DNA of 64,000 bases, from NCBI GenBank assembly GCA_003552925.1, contig PUOX01000057.1:34-64033 (forward strand). The letters are read 5' to 3'. The notes beneath the pieces are model-generated. The model did no database searches. It worked only from the letters and a program-made list of their open reading frames with translations, and was not told where the DNA came from. A program made the position numbers and the translations under genes. Positions 10,140 through 19,158 of this stretch are shown here, in pieces; the first letter of the stretch is position 1; each line of letters opens with the position of its first letter. This DNA comes from Mollicutes bacterium. GTDB taxonomy: Bacteria; Bacillota_I; Bacilli_A; Izemoplasmatales; Izemoplasmataceae.

Positions 10140-10355
10140 GGTTCAAATCCTCCTTATATAAAACGCTCTAATCTATGTTCATTATAAGTCTTCTGCCGTT
10201 CGTTGTAAAAACAAACGCAAAGATGTGAAAGATGGTTTAAAGTTCTTTACGGCAATCCGCGGTTGTGCATAGAAAGCGAGTTACGCTATAATGAAAGAGA
10301 ATACCCTTCGTGATTCATTTTAATGAAGGGAAAAGTATAATTTTGAGGTGTTTGC

Positions 10356-10919
10356 ATGGTTGAGAACTCACTAAGAATTCGCAAGGCTGTCGCGTCCGAT
10401 CGGGCGTTGATTGAAGAATTGTGGCGGAAAGTCATTGCAGACGCTTTTGAAGTTGAAGACTTGGGAGAAAACTTGACCCCGGACCGTGAACTGGCATTTA
10501 AGATGCGACAAGTTGACGAAATGTTTGCCCAAGGGACTTCGACGATGTTTCTGGCATTTGAAGGGGACAGTCTTGTAGGCACCATTGCCTACGGTGCCCC
10601 TCCGAACCAAGGCATTTTGAAACAGACCGGAGATGAGTTGGTCGATACGATTGAACTCGGTTCGCTCTACATCGATCCCGCGAAACAGAAAAAAGGATAC
10701 GGAAGGGCATTGTTGCTCTATGCTCTTGAAACTCTATTGGCGCAGGGCGTCCAAACCATATGCTTCGACTCCATTTATGAGGCGTCCAAATACATTTGGC
10801 GCCGAATGTTTGGAGAGCCCAAGTATCACAAAAAGGCTCCAGGGCACAATTTCTCTCATATGATATGGGTGGTGGATGTGAAAAAGTCCATTGAACGCTT
10901 AAAACGCTACAAGCGTTGA
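10356..10919 (+). CDS. GNAT family N-acetyltransferase
   Basis: Acetyl-CoA motif region LYIDPAKQKKGYGRALL. Confidence 0.75.
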   Translation: MVENSLRIRKAVASDRALIEELWRKVIADAFEVEDLGENLTPDRELAFKMRQVDEMFAQGTSTMFLAFEGDSLVGTIAYGAPPNQGILKQTGDELVDTIELGSLYIDPAKQKKGYGRALLLYALETLLAQGVQTICFDSIYEASKYIWRRMFGEPKYHKKAPGHNFSHMIWVVDVKKSIERLKRYKR

Positions 10920-10944
10920 CCGGTTGTGTCCGTTTAGCCATACA

Positions 10945-10966
10945 TGCGCCTATTGGCGCATTTTTT
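10945..10966 (+). terminator. rho-independent terminator
   Basis: TGCGCC-tatt-GGCGCA hairpin followed by TTTTTT. Confidence 0.6.
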
Positions 10967-10984
10967 AATGAATGTTTTAGGGTT

Positions 10985-11013
10985 TTGCACTCTTTCAAAG
11001 ATTGTTTTACAAT
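10985..11013 (+). promoter_or_regulatory. sigma-A-like promoter for the BCCT gene
   Basis: TTGCAC, 17-nt spacer, TACAAT, located 32 nt upstream of the ATG at 11045. Confidence 0.45.
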
Positions 11014-11044
11014 AAGGATTAACGAGACAGAAAGGGTGAGCACT

Positions 11045-12724
11045 ATGCAAAAAGACCAAGAAAACACCGAACGCCAAATCGCCATGGAAAAGAAACTTTA
11101 TAGCAGGAACTTCACAAAGTGGGGATTTGACTTGAATCCGTTTGTGTCGTTTACAACCGGTATTTTGGTGTTGGTTTTCATTGTATACGCGGTGGTCGCA
11201 AACGCCGGCTTATTCGGTCTTGCACCTGCCGATGAAACCTTGCAAAACATGAGACAGTGGGTTGTTTCGAACACGGATTGGGTGTTTGTTTTCGCGGTGA
11301 ATTTCTTCATCGCGCTGTCTGTGTTCTTAGCGTTTTCCAAACTCGGCCGCGTGCGACTGGGCGGCATGAAGGCGAAGCCGGAGTTCTCGAACTTCGCTTG
11401 GTATTCCATGCTGATCAGCGCCGGCATGGGCATCGGGCTTATGTTTTGGGCGGTCGGCGAACCGCTTACGCACGCTCAAGAAGGGACGCCTATTTTCGGG
11501 GGTGCGGATTCCTATGTTTCCGCGCTTGCGTCAACCTTTTTGCATTGGGGGTTTCACGCTTGGGCGATTTATGCCATCATGGCGCTTTCTTTAGCCCATT
11601 TCGCTTACAACAAGAAACTCCCGCTTTCTTTGCGGTCAATATTTTACCCGATATTCAAAGAACGGGTTTTCGGCAGGCTCGGAGACATCATAGATTTAGT
11701 GGCCGTGCTTGCGACGCTTTTCGGCCTTGCGACCTCGTTGGGGCTCGGCGTGCAGCAAATAAACAGCGGCCTTGGTCATTTGACCGGCATCACGGTATCG
11801 CCTCTTATGCAAGTTGTGCTGATCATCGTCATCACCGCCGTTGCGGCAATCTCCATCATATCGGGCATCGATAAAGGCGTCAAAAAGCTTTCGAAGACCA
11901 ATATGAAACTCGCGTTTGGGTTCATGCTGGCCATCTTGATTCTTGGCCCGACGCTTTTCATTTTCCGCCTTTTCGCCAGTTCGTTCGGCACATATTTGGC
12001 GGACTTGCCGGCGGCCTCTTTCTTCTTGTCGCTTGCCGAAGGCTCAGAGCGGGATTGGCAGGGCGCATGGACCATCTTCTATCTCGCCTGGTGGATTTCT
12101 TGGAGCCCGTTTGTGGGCATGTTCATCGCTAGGGTCTCCAAAGGTCGCACCATCCGGGAATTCATCATCGCTTCGCTTTTTATCCCTTCTTTGCTTTCGT
12201 TTCTCTGGCTGAGCGTTTTTGCGGGCACCGCGTTTCATATCGACGCCGGCAACGGGGGGCTTTATGCGTTGGTCGGTGACAACCTCCCCGGCGCGCTTTT
12301 CGAGCTTTTGAACATGCTTGACGTTGCCGTTTTGCAGTCGGTAGTGTCTTTGCTGTTGATTTTGCTGGCCACTGGCATCATCATCTTTTTCTTCATCACT
12401 TCAAGCGATTCGGGCTCGATTGTAATCAACGCCATCACTTCCGGAGGAAAAACTTCGACGAAGGCTCGACAACGTGTTTTTTGGGCCGCCATCGAAGGGG
12501 CCATCGCTTCGGTGTTGATTGTGATTGGCGGTCAGCGTGCGCTTGAGACTTTGCAGGATGCGGTCATCTTGACGGGCCTTCCGTTTGCGATTGTGCTTCT
12601 CGCGATGAGCTTCCTCTTGCTTAGAAGTCTTCAAAGAACGTACCGGCGCCAAAAAACGCTGAAGGAGAAACGCAAGTTCCAAAGCCTTTACGAAGCCGCG
12701 GATGTCACCCGTTGCCATGATTGA
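11045..12724 (+). CDS. BCCT family (betaine/carnitine/choline) transporter
   Basis: 12-TM architecture with the conserved W-rich BCCT segment (AWTIFYLAWWISWSPFVGMFIARVSKGRTIREF). The start is set at the ATG with an RBS, not at the upstream in-frame extension. Confidence 0.9.
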   Translation: MQKDQENTERQIAMEKKLYSRNFTKWGFDLNPFVSFTTGILVLVFIVYAVVANAGLFGLAPADETLQNMRQWVVSNTDWVFVFAVNFFIALSVFLAFSKLGRVRLGGMKAKPEFSNFAWYSMLISAGMGIGLMFWAVGEPLTHAQEGTPIFGGADSYVSALASTFLHWGFHAWAIYAIMALSLAHFAYNKKLPLSLRSIFYPIFKERVFGRLGDIIDLVAVLATLFGLATSLGLGVQQINSGLGHLTGITVSPLMQVVLIIVITAVAAISIISGIDKGVKKLSKTNMKLAFGFMLAILILGPTLFIFRLFASSFGTYLADLPAASFFLSLAEGSERDWQGAWTIFYLAWWISWSPFVGMFIARVSKGRTIREFIIASLFIPSLLSFLWLSVFAGTAFHIDAGNGGLYALVGDNLPGALFELLNMLDVAVLQSVVSLLLILLATGIIIFFFITSSDSGSIVINAITSGGKTSTKARQRVFWAAIEGAIASVLIVIGGQRALETLQDAVILTGLPFAIVLLAMSFLLLRSLQRTYRRQKTLKEKRKFQSLYEAADVTRCHD

Positions 12725-12741
12725 CAAATTGATATAATGAG

Positions 12742-12775
12742 GCGATTGCAGCTGGCAGCTTGCAATCGCTTTTTT
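12742..12775 (+). terminator. rho-independent terminator
   Basis: GCGATTGCAGCTG-g-CAGCTTGCAATCGC long hairpin followed by TTTTTT. Confidence 0.8.
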
Positions 12776-12874
12776 GTACAGTGTAATGACAATTGGTTAT
12801 CATGTGGTGTTCATGGTATTATGGTTACGATTACGGCGTAGGTTTTATGCGCCAAGCAGATAACGAGGTGTAGT

Positions 12875-13699
12875 ATGATTGAATACCGTGTCGATAAGAA
12901 TCCTCTATACAGCGAAACGATCAAAAAGATGTTGAGGGCCCACAATTTGAGCCATACCGGTCCGGTCGAGTTGGAAGAACGCCATTTCTACATAACGGAA
13001 AACAAGAAACTTTTGGGAGCTTTAAGTGTGCACTTCTTTTGGGATTGGGTGACGGTAGGGGATGTGTATTATGAAAGTTTACCGATGTTGAGGGCGTTGA
13101 TTCGTGCGGCTTGGGAACATTTCAAGCACAAAGCCGTGGGCATCAAATTTTTCACTCCGGTGGAATCTCGCTTTCAAGATTTTTTAGAATCCGGCTTTTC
13201 AGCGGTGGCCACGGTGCGCAACGTAGGGGGCTTCGATTACTACTTCGCCGATTTGAACGCCACAAGCGATGACGATGGAAGCATACAGGTTCAAAGCGTT
13301 TCCGATTTTCAACAAGAACAAGAATACCACACGCAGCTTAAGCAGCACACTCGTTCTTTCAACGAACACCACGGCATAAAGGGTATGACCGATTCGGTGC
13401 AAATCGTCGCAGTTGAAGGCGAAACGTTTGTCGGCGGTGTTCAATGCGATGTTTACACGAACACCATGTTTATTACACGTTTGGTGGTCGATCCGGCCTA
13501 CCGCAAGCGCGACATCGGGAAAACGTTAGTGGAATGGGCCGTTCGCGAAGCGCAAAAACGGAAAGTCGACGTGGTTGAACTTGGGACCACCGGTTTTCAA
13601 GGTCGAGAATTTTATGAAAAACAAGGCTTTCAAGTCGTCCACACGAGGAAGGACAACCCGAAAGGATACGATTGCCATACGATGCTGCGGCGTTTGTAA
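12875..13699 (+). CDS. GNAT family N-acetyltransferase (two-domain)
   Basis: C-terminal motif LVVDPAYRKRDIGKTLVEWAV...GFQ. The N-terminal half looks like a second, degenerate GNAT fold. Confidence 0.65.
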   Translation: MIEYRVDKNPLYSETIKKMLRAHNLSHTGPVELEERHFYITENKKLLGALSVHFFWDWVTVGDVYYESLPMLRALIRAAWEHFKHKAVGIKFFTPVESRFQDFLESGFSAVATVRNVGGFDYYFADLNATSDDDGSIQVQSVSDFQQEQEYHTQLKQHTRSFNEHHGIKGMTDSVQIVAVEGETFVGGVQCDVYTNTMFITRLVVDPAYRKRDIGKTLVEWAVREAQKRKVDVVELGTTGFQGREFYEKQGFQVVHTRKDNPKGYDCHTMLRRL

Positions 13700-13903
13700 G
13701 CACACTTTGAAACAAGAAATGAGTTGAAGCGCTTAAAGTGGACCTCTTAACATGGTTTGTATTGCAAAAACATCGGGGTTTACAAAGGCCGGCACATATG
13801 ATATGCTAAAAATTGAAATATTGTAACAAAAGCATCATCGGTTAAGGGAAATAGGGAGGGATGTATCATGTTGTTCGCATCCAGTTTCCACAAGACCAAA
13901 AAC

Positions 13904-13940
13904 AAAGAAGGCATGTTTCGGTGTGCTTTCTTTTTTTATT
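13904..13940 (+). terminator. terminator-like hairpin in the leader of the large lipoprotein gene (or distant terminator of the GNAT gene)
   Basis: AAAGAAGGCA...TGCTTTCTTT stem (one G:U pair) followed by a T-run, 70 nt upstream of the ATG at 14010. Confidence 0.45.
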
Positions 13941-14009
13941 GGATAGATTCCCGTGCGGAGCACGGGCAAACCTAAAACAGGGAGGGGAAGATGCGAAAGC
14001 ATCGCCTAT

Positions 14010-16802
14010 ATGTCCAAAACAAGGTATTTACTGTTTGCGGTAGCTTTTTTGTTTATGTTCACGCTAGCCGCGTGTGAGGTTGAAGAAGAACATCGTGAAG
14101 TGGAGTTCCGCAGTGACGACAATTACATCCAATGGAGCTATGCGGAAGAAGAGGATTGGATCGATTTGATTTCATTGCAAGAACTTGAAGGTCCTGCCGG
14201 TGAAGACGGCGAGGATGGCGTCGGCATTGAATCGCTCGACATCAACGAAGACGATGAACTCGTAGTCACTTACACCGACGATTCCGAAGAGACATTAGGC
14301 GTCATTGTTGGTGAAGACGGCGAGGACGGCATCGGCATCGACGAAGTCGACATCAACGAAGACGGCGAGTTGGAGATTGTCTTGACCGACGGCACCGAGG
14401 AGAATCTTGGCAATGTCGTTGGACAAGACGGTCGCGAAGTGGAATTGCAGACTAACGACGAATACATCCAATGGCGTTATGAAGGCGAAGAAGAATGGAA
14501 CAACTTGATTGCGCTTGAGGAACTTGAAGGTCCTGCCGGTGAAGACGGCATCGACGGTGTCGGCATTGAAGACATCGAAGTTGACGACGGAGAACTGATG
14601 ATTGAACTGACCGACGGTACCGAAATGAACCTTGGCGACATCACCGGTGACGATGCAGAGTTGGACGAAGTGCTCCGCAAAATCGACGAAGCGAGAGCGG
14701 ACTTGTTAGAAAACGCTGTCTATTCGACACCGCAAGTCCAAGTTCGTTTGGTAGATGGATCATATCAAGGCATCGGCAGTGCGGTTGTTTTTGAAGCGCA
14801 TGAAGAAGAAGACGCTTATTATGTACTCTCCAATGAGCACGTCGCCATGGATGAGGCTCTTTTCCACCGTCTGTATTTTCCTGAGCAAGATTTGACGTTT
14901 GAAACCACGTACGTTTCTTTGATTGGCATCGATCCCACTACCGATTTGGCGCTCTTTGCGGTTGAAACCGATGAAGAACTCCCAACAATTCCGCTTGGTG
15001 ATTACGACGACTTGCGCATTGGCCAATCGGTCTTTGCCATCGGCCATCCTGGCGGTTATCATAACACCATCACTAGCGGCGTCATCAGCATCATTGACCG
15101 TGTCGGCATCGCTGTGGGCGAGTTTGACGCACACGCCATCCAACACGATGCGGCTGTCAACCCGGGCAACAGTGGCGGCGCGTTGATCAACCAATCCGGA
15201 GAACTTGTCGGCGTGAACTTTGCCGGAACGACCTGGTTCGGAATCCCGACCGACGATGAAGGCAATGCGCTTCCACCGAAAGACGCTGATGATTGGCCGA
15301 ATCCGGCCGAAGGCATGCATTATGCCGTGCAAATTGATGAAGTGCACGATTTCATCGATGAGTATCTCACGTACGAACAAAGCACCTACACATTTGACCA
15401 TGAACTTGACGACGTAACCTTCTACGAAGGCATTGAACAAAGCGCGTCCATCGCATTGATGTATGACGAACTTGGTGGCTATGGCTATGAAAGCGTACGC
15501 GTCAATGTGGATGCCGATGAAGGCGTCAGCCTGTTGGCCGAAGACAGTGAAGGCGATGTGTACGATGTCGCCGAAGTGGGCCACTGGGGACCTGAAGACG
15601 GTTTCTTCCTCCGTGCCGCTTACATGGAAGCTACTGAGTTTGACGCCACATTTGAAGAATACGGCGAATACACCATCGAGATTGAACTAGAAGACTTGGA
15701 CAGTGAAGAAATCATTGCGGAAGAAACGATTGTCGTAGAAGTTTCTGAACTAGAAGACAACGTCATGAACATGACCTCTGAAACGTTCTATCCGACCATT
15801 CAAGAGGCTATCGATGCCGCAGAACCTTATGATGAGATTCTGGTGAGCGATCAAGAGGTTTATGAGGAAAACCTCGACATCGCTGTGGACGGCCTTGAAC
15901 TGATCGGTGATTTCGCCACATTGCAAGGCACGGTGGATGTGGACGCGGACGAGGTTCTAATTGCAGGCTTTGTCTTTATGGGAGAAGGTACTGGACGCGC
16001 GGTGAACCCGACAAGCGACTCTGAATCTTTGACCATTTATGGCAATGCGTTTGACAACTATACGACGGGAGTCTATGTGGATGCCCACAACGATATCGGC
16101 ATCTTTGAGAATTACTTTATGAACAATGAAGCGGCCATAGGTGGTTTGGAATCCGACGAAGCGTACATCGTGGACAATGAATTTGTCGGCAACGGCCATG
16201 CCATTGGCATCCATTCCAACGCCGAAGGTTCAGACTTATGGATTTTGGACAACTTTTTCGAGGATCATCCTGAAGGCCATGTGCTTTCTTGGATGGACGA
16301 TCCTGAAACATTGCCACCTGAATTCGTCATTGACGAAAATATGTTTGCCGAAGATGTAACCATCGACGATACGATTGATTATGCTGCTTGGGTCATTTAC
16401 GATGTTGACCTCATCGATTGGGGCTTGACGACCGAAGGCAAGCATTTTGGTGGAGCTAGCGATCCGTTTAGCTATTCTGCGGGCGTTGAACTGACCGGCA
16501 CTTTCCCCTACGAACCGGAGAATCAACACATTGAAGAAATGACGGTCACTTGGTACGATGAAGACGGCGAGTTGCTGATGACGGGCGAGCTGAATACGGA
16601 TATGGTAGAAACTTCCACCAACAACAGCATCTCCATGCCTTATGGCGGAACCGTGGATGATTATGAAGCGGACGGGTTCTGGGATGTTGTCTACGAAGAT
16701 GAAGCCTATAAAGATGCTTACCCGACAGAAGTCGTGTTCGATGTGACCTTTATGAACGGCGTGCAAGCGACTGCGGACAATGAACGACCAGCCGAAGATT
16801 GA
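14010..16802 (+). CDS. large acidic surface lipoprotein: collagen-like/acidic repeats, trypsin-like (S1/HtrA-type) protease, shared ~120-aa domain, right-handed beta-helix region
   Basis: Lipobox signal MSKTRYLLFAVAFLFMFTLAAC. Catalytic-triad contexts SNEHV, TDLALF and GNSGGALIN. NosD/pectate-lyase-like repeats (IYGNAF..., IFENYF..., IVDNEF..., ILDNFF...). The start is inferred from the signal peptide. Confidence 0.8.
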   Translation: MSKTRYLLFAVAFLFMFTLAACEVEEEHREVEFRSDDNYIQWSYAEEEDWIDLISLQELEGPAGEDGEDGVGIESLDINEDDELVVTYTDDSEETLGVIVGEDGEDGIGIDEVDINEDGELEIVLTDGTEENLGNVVGQDGREVELQTNDEYIQWRYEGEEEWNNLIALEELEGPAGEDGIDGVGIEDIEVDDGELMIELTDGTEMNLGDITGDDAELDEVLRKIDEARADLLENAVYSTPQVQVRLVDGSYQGIGSAVVFEAHEEEDAYYVLSNEHVAMDEALFHRLYFPEQDLTFETTYVSLIGIDPTTDLALFAVETDEELPTIPLGDYDDLRIGQSVFAIGHPGGYHNTITSGVISIIDRVGIAVGEFDAHAIQHDAAVNPGNSGGALINQSGELVGVNFAGTTWFGIPTDDEGNALPPKDADDWPNPAEGMHYAVQIDEVHDFIDEYLTYEQSTYTFDHELDDVTFYEGIEQSASIALMYDELGGYGYESVRVNVDADEGVSLLAEDSEGDVYDVAEVGHWGPEDGFFLRAAYMEATEFDATFEEYGEYTIEIELEDLDSEEIIAEETIVVEVSELEDNVMNMTSETFYPTIQEAIDAAEPYDEILVSDQEVYEENLDIAVDGLELIGDFATLQGTVDVDADEVLIAGFVFMGEGTGRAVNPTSDSESLTIYGNAFDNYTTGVYVDAHNDIGIFENYFMNNEAAIGGLESDEAYIVDNEFVGNGHAIGIHSNAEGSDLWILDNFFEDHPEGHVLSWMDDPETLPPEFVIDENMFAEDVTIDDTIDYAAWVIYDVDLIDWGLTTEGKHFGGASDPFSYSAGVELTGTFPYEPENQHIEEMTVTWYDEDGELLMTGELNTDMVETSTNNSISMPYGGTVDDYEADGFWDVVYEDEAYKDAYPTEVVFDVTFMNGVQATADNERPAED
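14094..14648 (+). repeat. tandem coding repeats (IQW-x-Y...W..LI.L.ELEGPAGEDG.DG.GI...D..DGEL...LTDGTE.NLG modules)
   Basis: Two copies of the EV(E/F)..D.YIQW.Y..EE.W..LI.L.ELEGPAGEDG unit and three copies of the GEDG.DG.GI......D.EL.....TD...E.LG unit are visible in the translation. Confidence 0.8.
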
Positions 16803-16851
16803 AAAACTCATTTGACTCATTGCATGGCTGGATAGACATTTTCTGAACATC

Positions 16852-16892
16852 AAAAAAAGGGCGATTCATTGATGATGAAACGCCCTTTTTTG
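16852..16892. terminator. bidirectional terminator between convergent genes
   Basis: AAAAAAAGGGCG...CGCCCTTTTTT hairpin. Confidence 0.75.
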
Positions 16893-16993
16893 TATGGATG
16901 CGGCTATAGTTTTGATGACATGAAAAACCACGAAACGTTGATTGAAAAGGCTGCGATATGTTTCAGGGTTCATCATAAAGAATTAAGTGATGC

Positions 16994-17791
16994 TTACTCG
17001 GTGTCGAACGCAACGACGATATCTTCGTCCAAGCATCTGAAGGTGAAGCTGTTCATGATGAAGAGGCGGACGGTTTCATCGTTGTGCTGTTCATAGCCGA
17101 TGCTGTAGTCTTGGCCGATGGTCATTTCTAAGTCTTCATGGTCGCGTGGAACTAAGAAAGCCCCTTTGACGACTCTCGAGCGGATAACTTCGCCGCCGAT
17201 GATGGCTTCCGCGCTGTGACGTACGAGTCCTCCTTCGAACTTTTGGTTCAGACGTTTCAAGATTTCATCGGAAACGACCAAATCGTAAGGCGGTTCGGCG
17301 TAGGCGTCTTTCAATTTGTATACGGCTTCTGAAAGCGCGCCGAGAATCTCGTTTGGGTTTTGGCTTAGTTTGAGGCGGTGGCCGGCAACGTCGTTCAAAC
17401 CTTTGATGTTTGCGTTTTTGTTGCCGTTGTAGAGCGTGTCCTCTTCATAGAGAGCAAGTTTTTCCGCAGCTTCTTCCAAGGCGTCGAGTTCCGCGTCTTT
17501 TTCGCCGCGCAAGATGTTGTCGAGTTCCCAGCGAGAAAGATCAAAAGTGATGCGTGTTTCGATCAACGGCTTCACATCGTAAAGCCCGGTGTTGACTTCG
17601 CCCTTTTTGCCTTCTTTGATGGAGGTCAGCCGTCCTTGGCCAACGCTGTTTTTCTCTAATCCGTGAGGACCGTCGACATGTAAGACGTGACGGGCGCTCA
17701 ATTGCGATTCGATGACTTCTTTGGCACGGTCGTTGATTTCTTCCCAGGCTTCGCCGGGAATGGGTGCCAGGTTTTGTTTTAACAAGTCCAT
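16994..17791 (-). CDS. family 1 encapsulin nanocompartment shell protein (linocin M18-like, HK97 fold)
   Basis: 265 aa starting MDLLKQNLAPIPGEAWEEINDRAKEV..., with the length and overall pattern typical of family-1 encapsulins. It is translationally coupled to the upstream EncFtn gene. Confidence 0.9.
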   Translation of the reverse strand: MDLLKQNLAPIPGEAWEEINDRAKEVIESQLSARHVLHVDGPHGLEKNSVGQGRLTSIKEGKKGEVNTGLYDVKPLIETRITFDLSRWELDNILRGEKDAELDALEEAAEKLALYEEDTLYNGNKNANIKGLNDVAGHRLKLSQNPNEILGALSEAVYKLKDAYAEPPYDLVVSDEILKRLNQKFEGGLVRHSAEAIIGGEVIRSRVVKGAFLVPRDHEDLEMTIGQDYSIGYEQHNDETVRLFIMNSFTFRCLDEDIVVAFDTE

Positions 17792-17801
17792 AAAACGCCT
17801 C

Positions 17802-18152
17802 CTAACGTTTGGGTTTTCCGATGTTCAGACTTTTGTTGCCTTCTTCGTCGGCTTCGCCTTCCTCGTCATGATGACCGATGGGGCCTTTTGTGAAGAGGTT
17901 TTCTCTTAACTCCGCGTCCAACTCGGGCAACTGACGGCGCAGCCATTCGATGCCCATGGCCGCATGTTCGAGTTCTTCGTCACGGTTGTGCTTTAAGATT
18001 TCGTACACTTCTTTGTCTTTTGTGGCGCTCATGCGTTGATTGTACCAATCCACGGCTTCAAATTCTTCCATGACGCTTTTGATCACACGAGTGATGTCAC
18101 GGGTTTTTTCATCAAGAAGTTCAATCGGTTCATGGTATTGATCGGTTGCCAT
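17802..18152 (-). CDS. encapsulated ferritin (EncFtn / ferritin-like cargo protein) with C-terminal targeting peptide
   Basis: EEFEAVDWYNQ and RDEELEHAAM (ExxH) di-iron motifs, an acidic linker, and the C-terminal tail SLNIGKPKR. GGAGGG RBS before the ATG at 18152. Confidence 0.85.
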   Translation of the reverse strand: MATDQYHEPIELLDEKTRDITRVIKSVMEEFEAVDWYNQRMSATKDKEVYEILKHNRDEELEHAAMGIEWLRRQLPELDAELRENLFTKGPIGHHDEEGEADEEGNKSLNIGKPKR

Positions 18153-18358
18153 AAAATCCCTCCAACTCATAATATGGTGATTTTGTTTGTCAACTTTTAT
18201 TGTAACATGGAAGCGGGGGGCTTCAAAGCATTATGATACGTCTTTATGGGGAAATTGTTTAAATCAGAGTGCCCTGAATGCATGATATGAAGAACGGTCG
18301 AACCCAAAAAACTAATGATTGACATCGAAAAAGGAATATGATAGGGTAAAACTGTAAA

Positions 18359-18379
18359 TGGTATTAAAGTGGTATTAAA
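18359..18379. promoter_or_regulatory. direct repeat TGGTATTAAA x2, candidate GntR/HutC-type operator
   Basis: TGGTATTAAAgTGGTATTAAA lies about 30 nt upstream of the GntR start codon. Confidence 0.3.
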
Positions 18380-18407
18380 CATTTGACACAAAATGAGGCA
18401 TGACGAT

Positions 18408-19130
18408 ATGACGACGATTGACAAATCCAGCCGTCTCCCGCTTTATTATCAGTTGGTAGAAATACTGATCAAAGAAATCCAGGAAGGCACATATCTAGAA
18501 AACGAGAAGATTCCATCAGAACGCGCACTGTGCGACATGTATGGCGTGAGCCGCGTAACGGTTCGTCATGCGGTGGAAGAACTCGTCGACATGGGCCTTT
18601 TGGAAAAACGTCACGGAGACGGGACGTATGTTTCATCGAAGATGAATCAGGATTTGCAGTCGTTTTACAGTTTTACTGAAGAGATGAAAAAAATCGGACG
18701 CACGCCTTGGTCGAAAGTGTTGGGGTTTGAATACATCAAAGCCGATGAGAAGATTGCCCGAAAACTCGGATGCGACTTGCATGACCCCGTCATCCAAATC
18801 ATCCGATTGCGCATGGCCGATGACACACCAATGCTGTATGAAAGGACGTATCTACCGAGAAATAGGTTTTCGGCGCTATCCAAACAAGACATTGAAGAAA
18901 ACCCCATGTACGATGTCTTCCGCAACAAGTTCGACGTGACGTTTTCCAAAGCGGAAGAGGTTTTGAAACCGGTGACCACTCGGGACTATGAAGCAGAATT
19001 GCTCGAGATTAATCAGGCGGTTCCGAGTATGATGATTGAAAGAACGACGTTTGAAGGCGACACCATCATTGAGTACACCATCAGCATCGCTCGCGGCGAT
19101 CAGTTCAACTATCGTGTCATCTTGGAATAA
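18408..19130 (+). CDS. GntR-family (HutC/UTRA subfamily) transcriptional regulator
   Basis: N-terminal wHTH (LPSERALCDMYGVSRVTVRHAVEELV) and a C-terminal UTRA-like effector domain. Confidence 0.85.
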   Translation: MTTIDKSSRLPLYYQLVEILIKEIQEGTYLENEKIPSERALCDMYGVSRVTVRHAVEELVDMGLLEKRHGDGTYVSSKMNQDLQSFYSFTEEMKKIGRTPWSKVLGFEYIKADEKIARKLGCDLHDPVIQIIRLRMADDTPMLYERTYLPRNRFSALSKQDIEENPMYDVFRNKFDVTFSKAEEVLKPVTTRDYEAELLEINQAVPSMMIERTTFEGDTIIEYTISIARGDQFNYRVILE

Positions 19131-19158
19131 CCAACGCCCACATGTTTTTTTGGAAAAA

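Noticed and set aside
13861-14043. 60-aa ORF from the track upstream of the lipoprotein gene
   Set aside because: Its ATG directly abuts the RBS with zero spacing and it overlaps the true start region. The +1-frame 35-codon sORF has better spacing and is the one discussed, and only speculatively.
14760-15584. 274-aa minus-strand ORF inside the protease-lipoprotein gene
   Set aside because: It is antisense to the region encoding the S1 catalytic triad and has no RBS or motifs.
13953-16802. Prophage tail-fibre interpretation of the collagen-like/beta-helix proteins (also 57175..59937)
   Set aside because: Collagen-like segments and beta-helices do occur in phage fibres. However, both genes carry lipoprotein signal peptides, no capsid, terminase, integrase or other phage genes are nearby, and they are flanked by ordinary terminators.
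16869-17096. 75-aa plus-strand ORF after the bidirectional terminator
   Set aside because: It starts inside the terminator hairpin and overlaps the 3' end of the encapsulin gene in antisense. It has no RBS.
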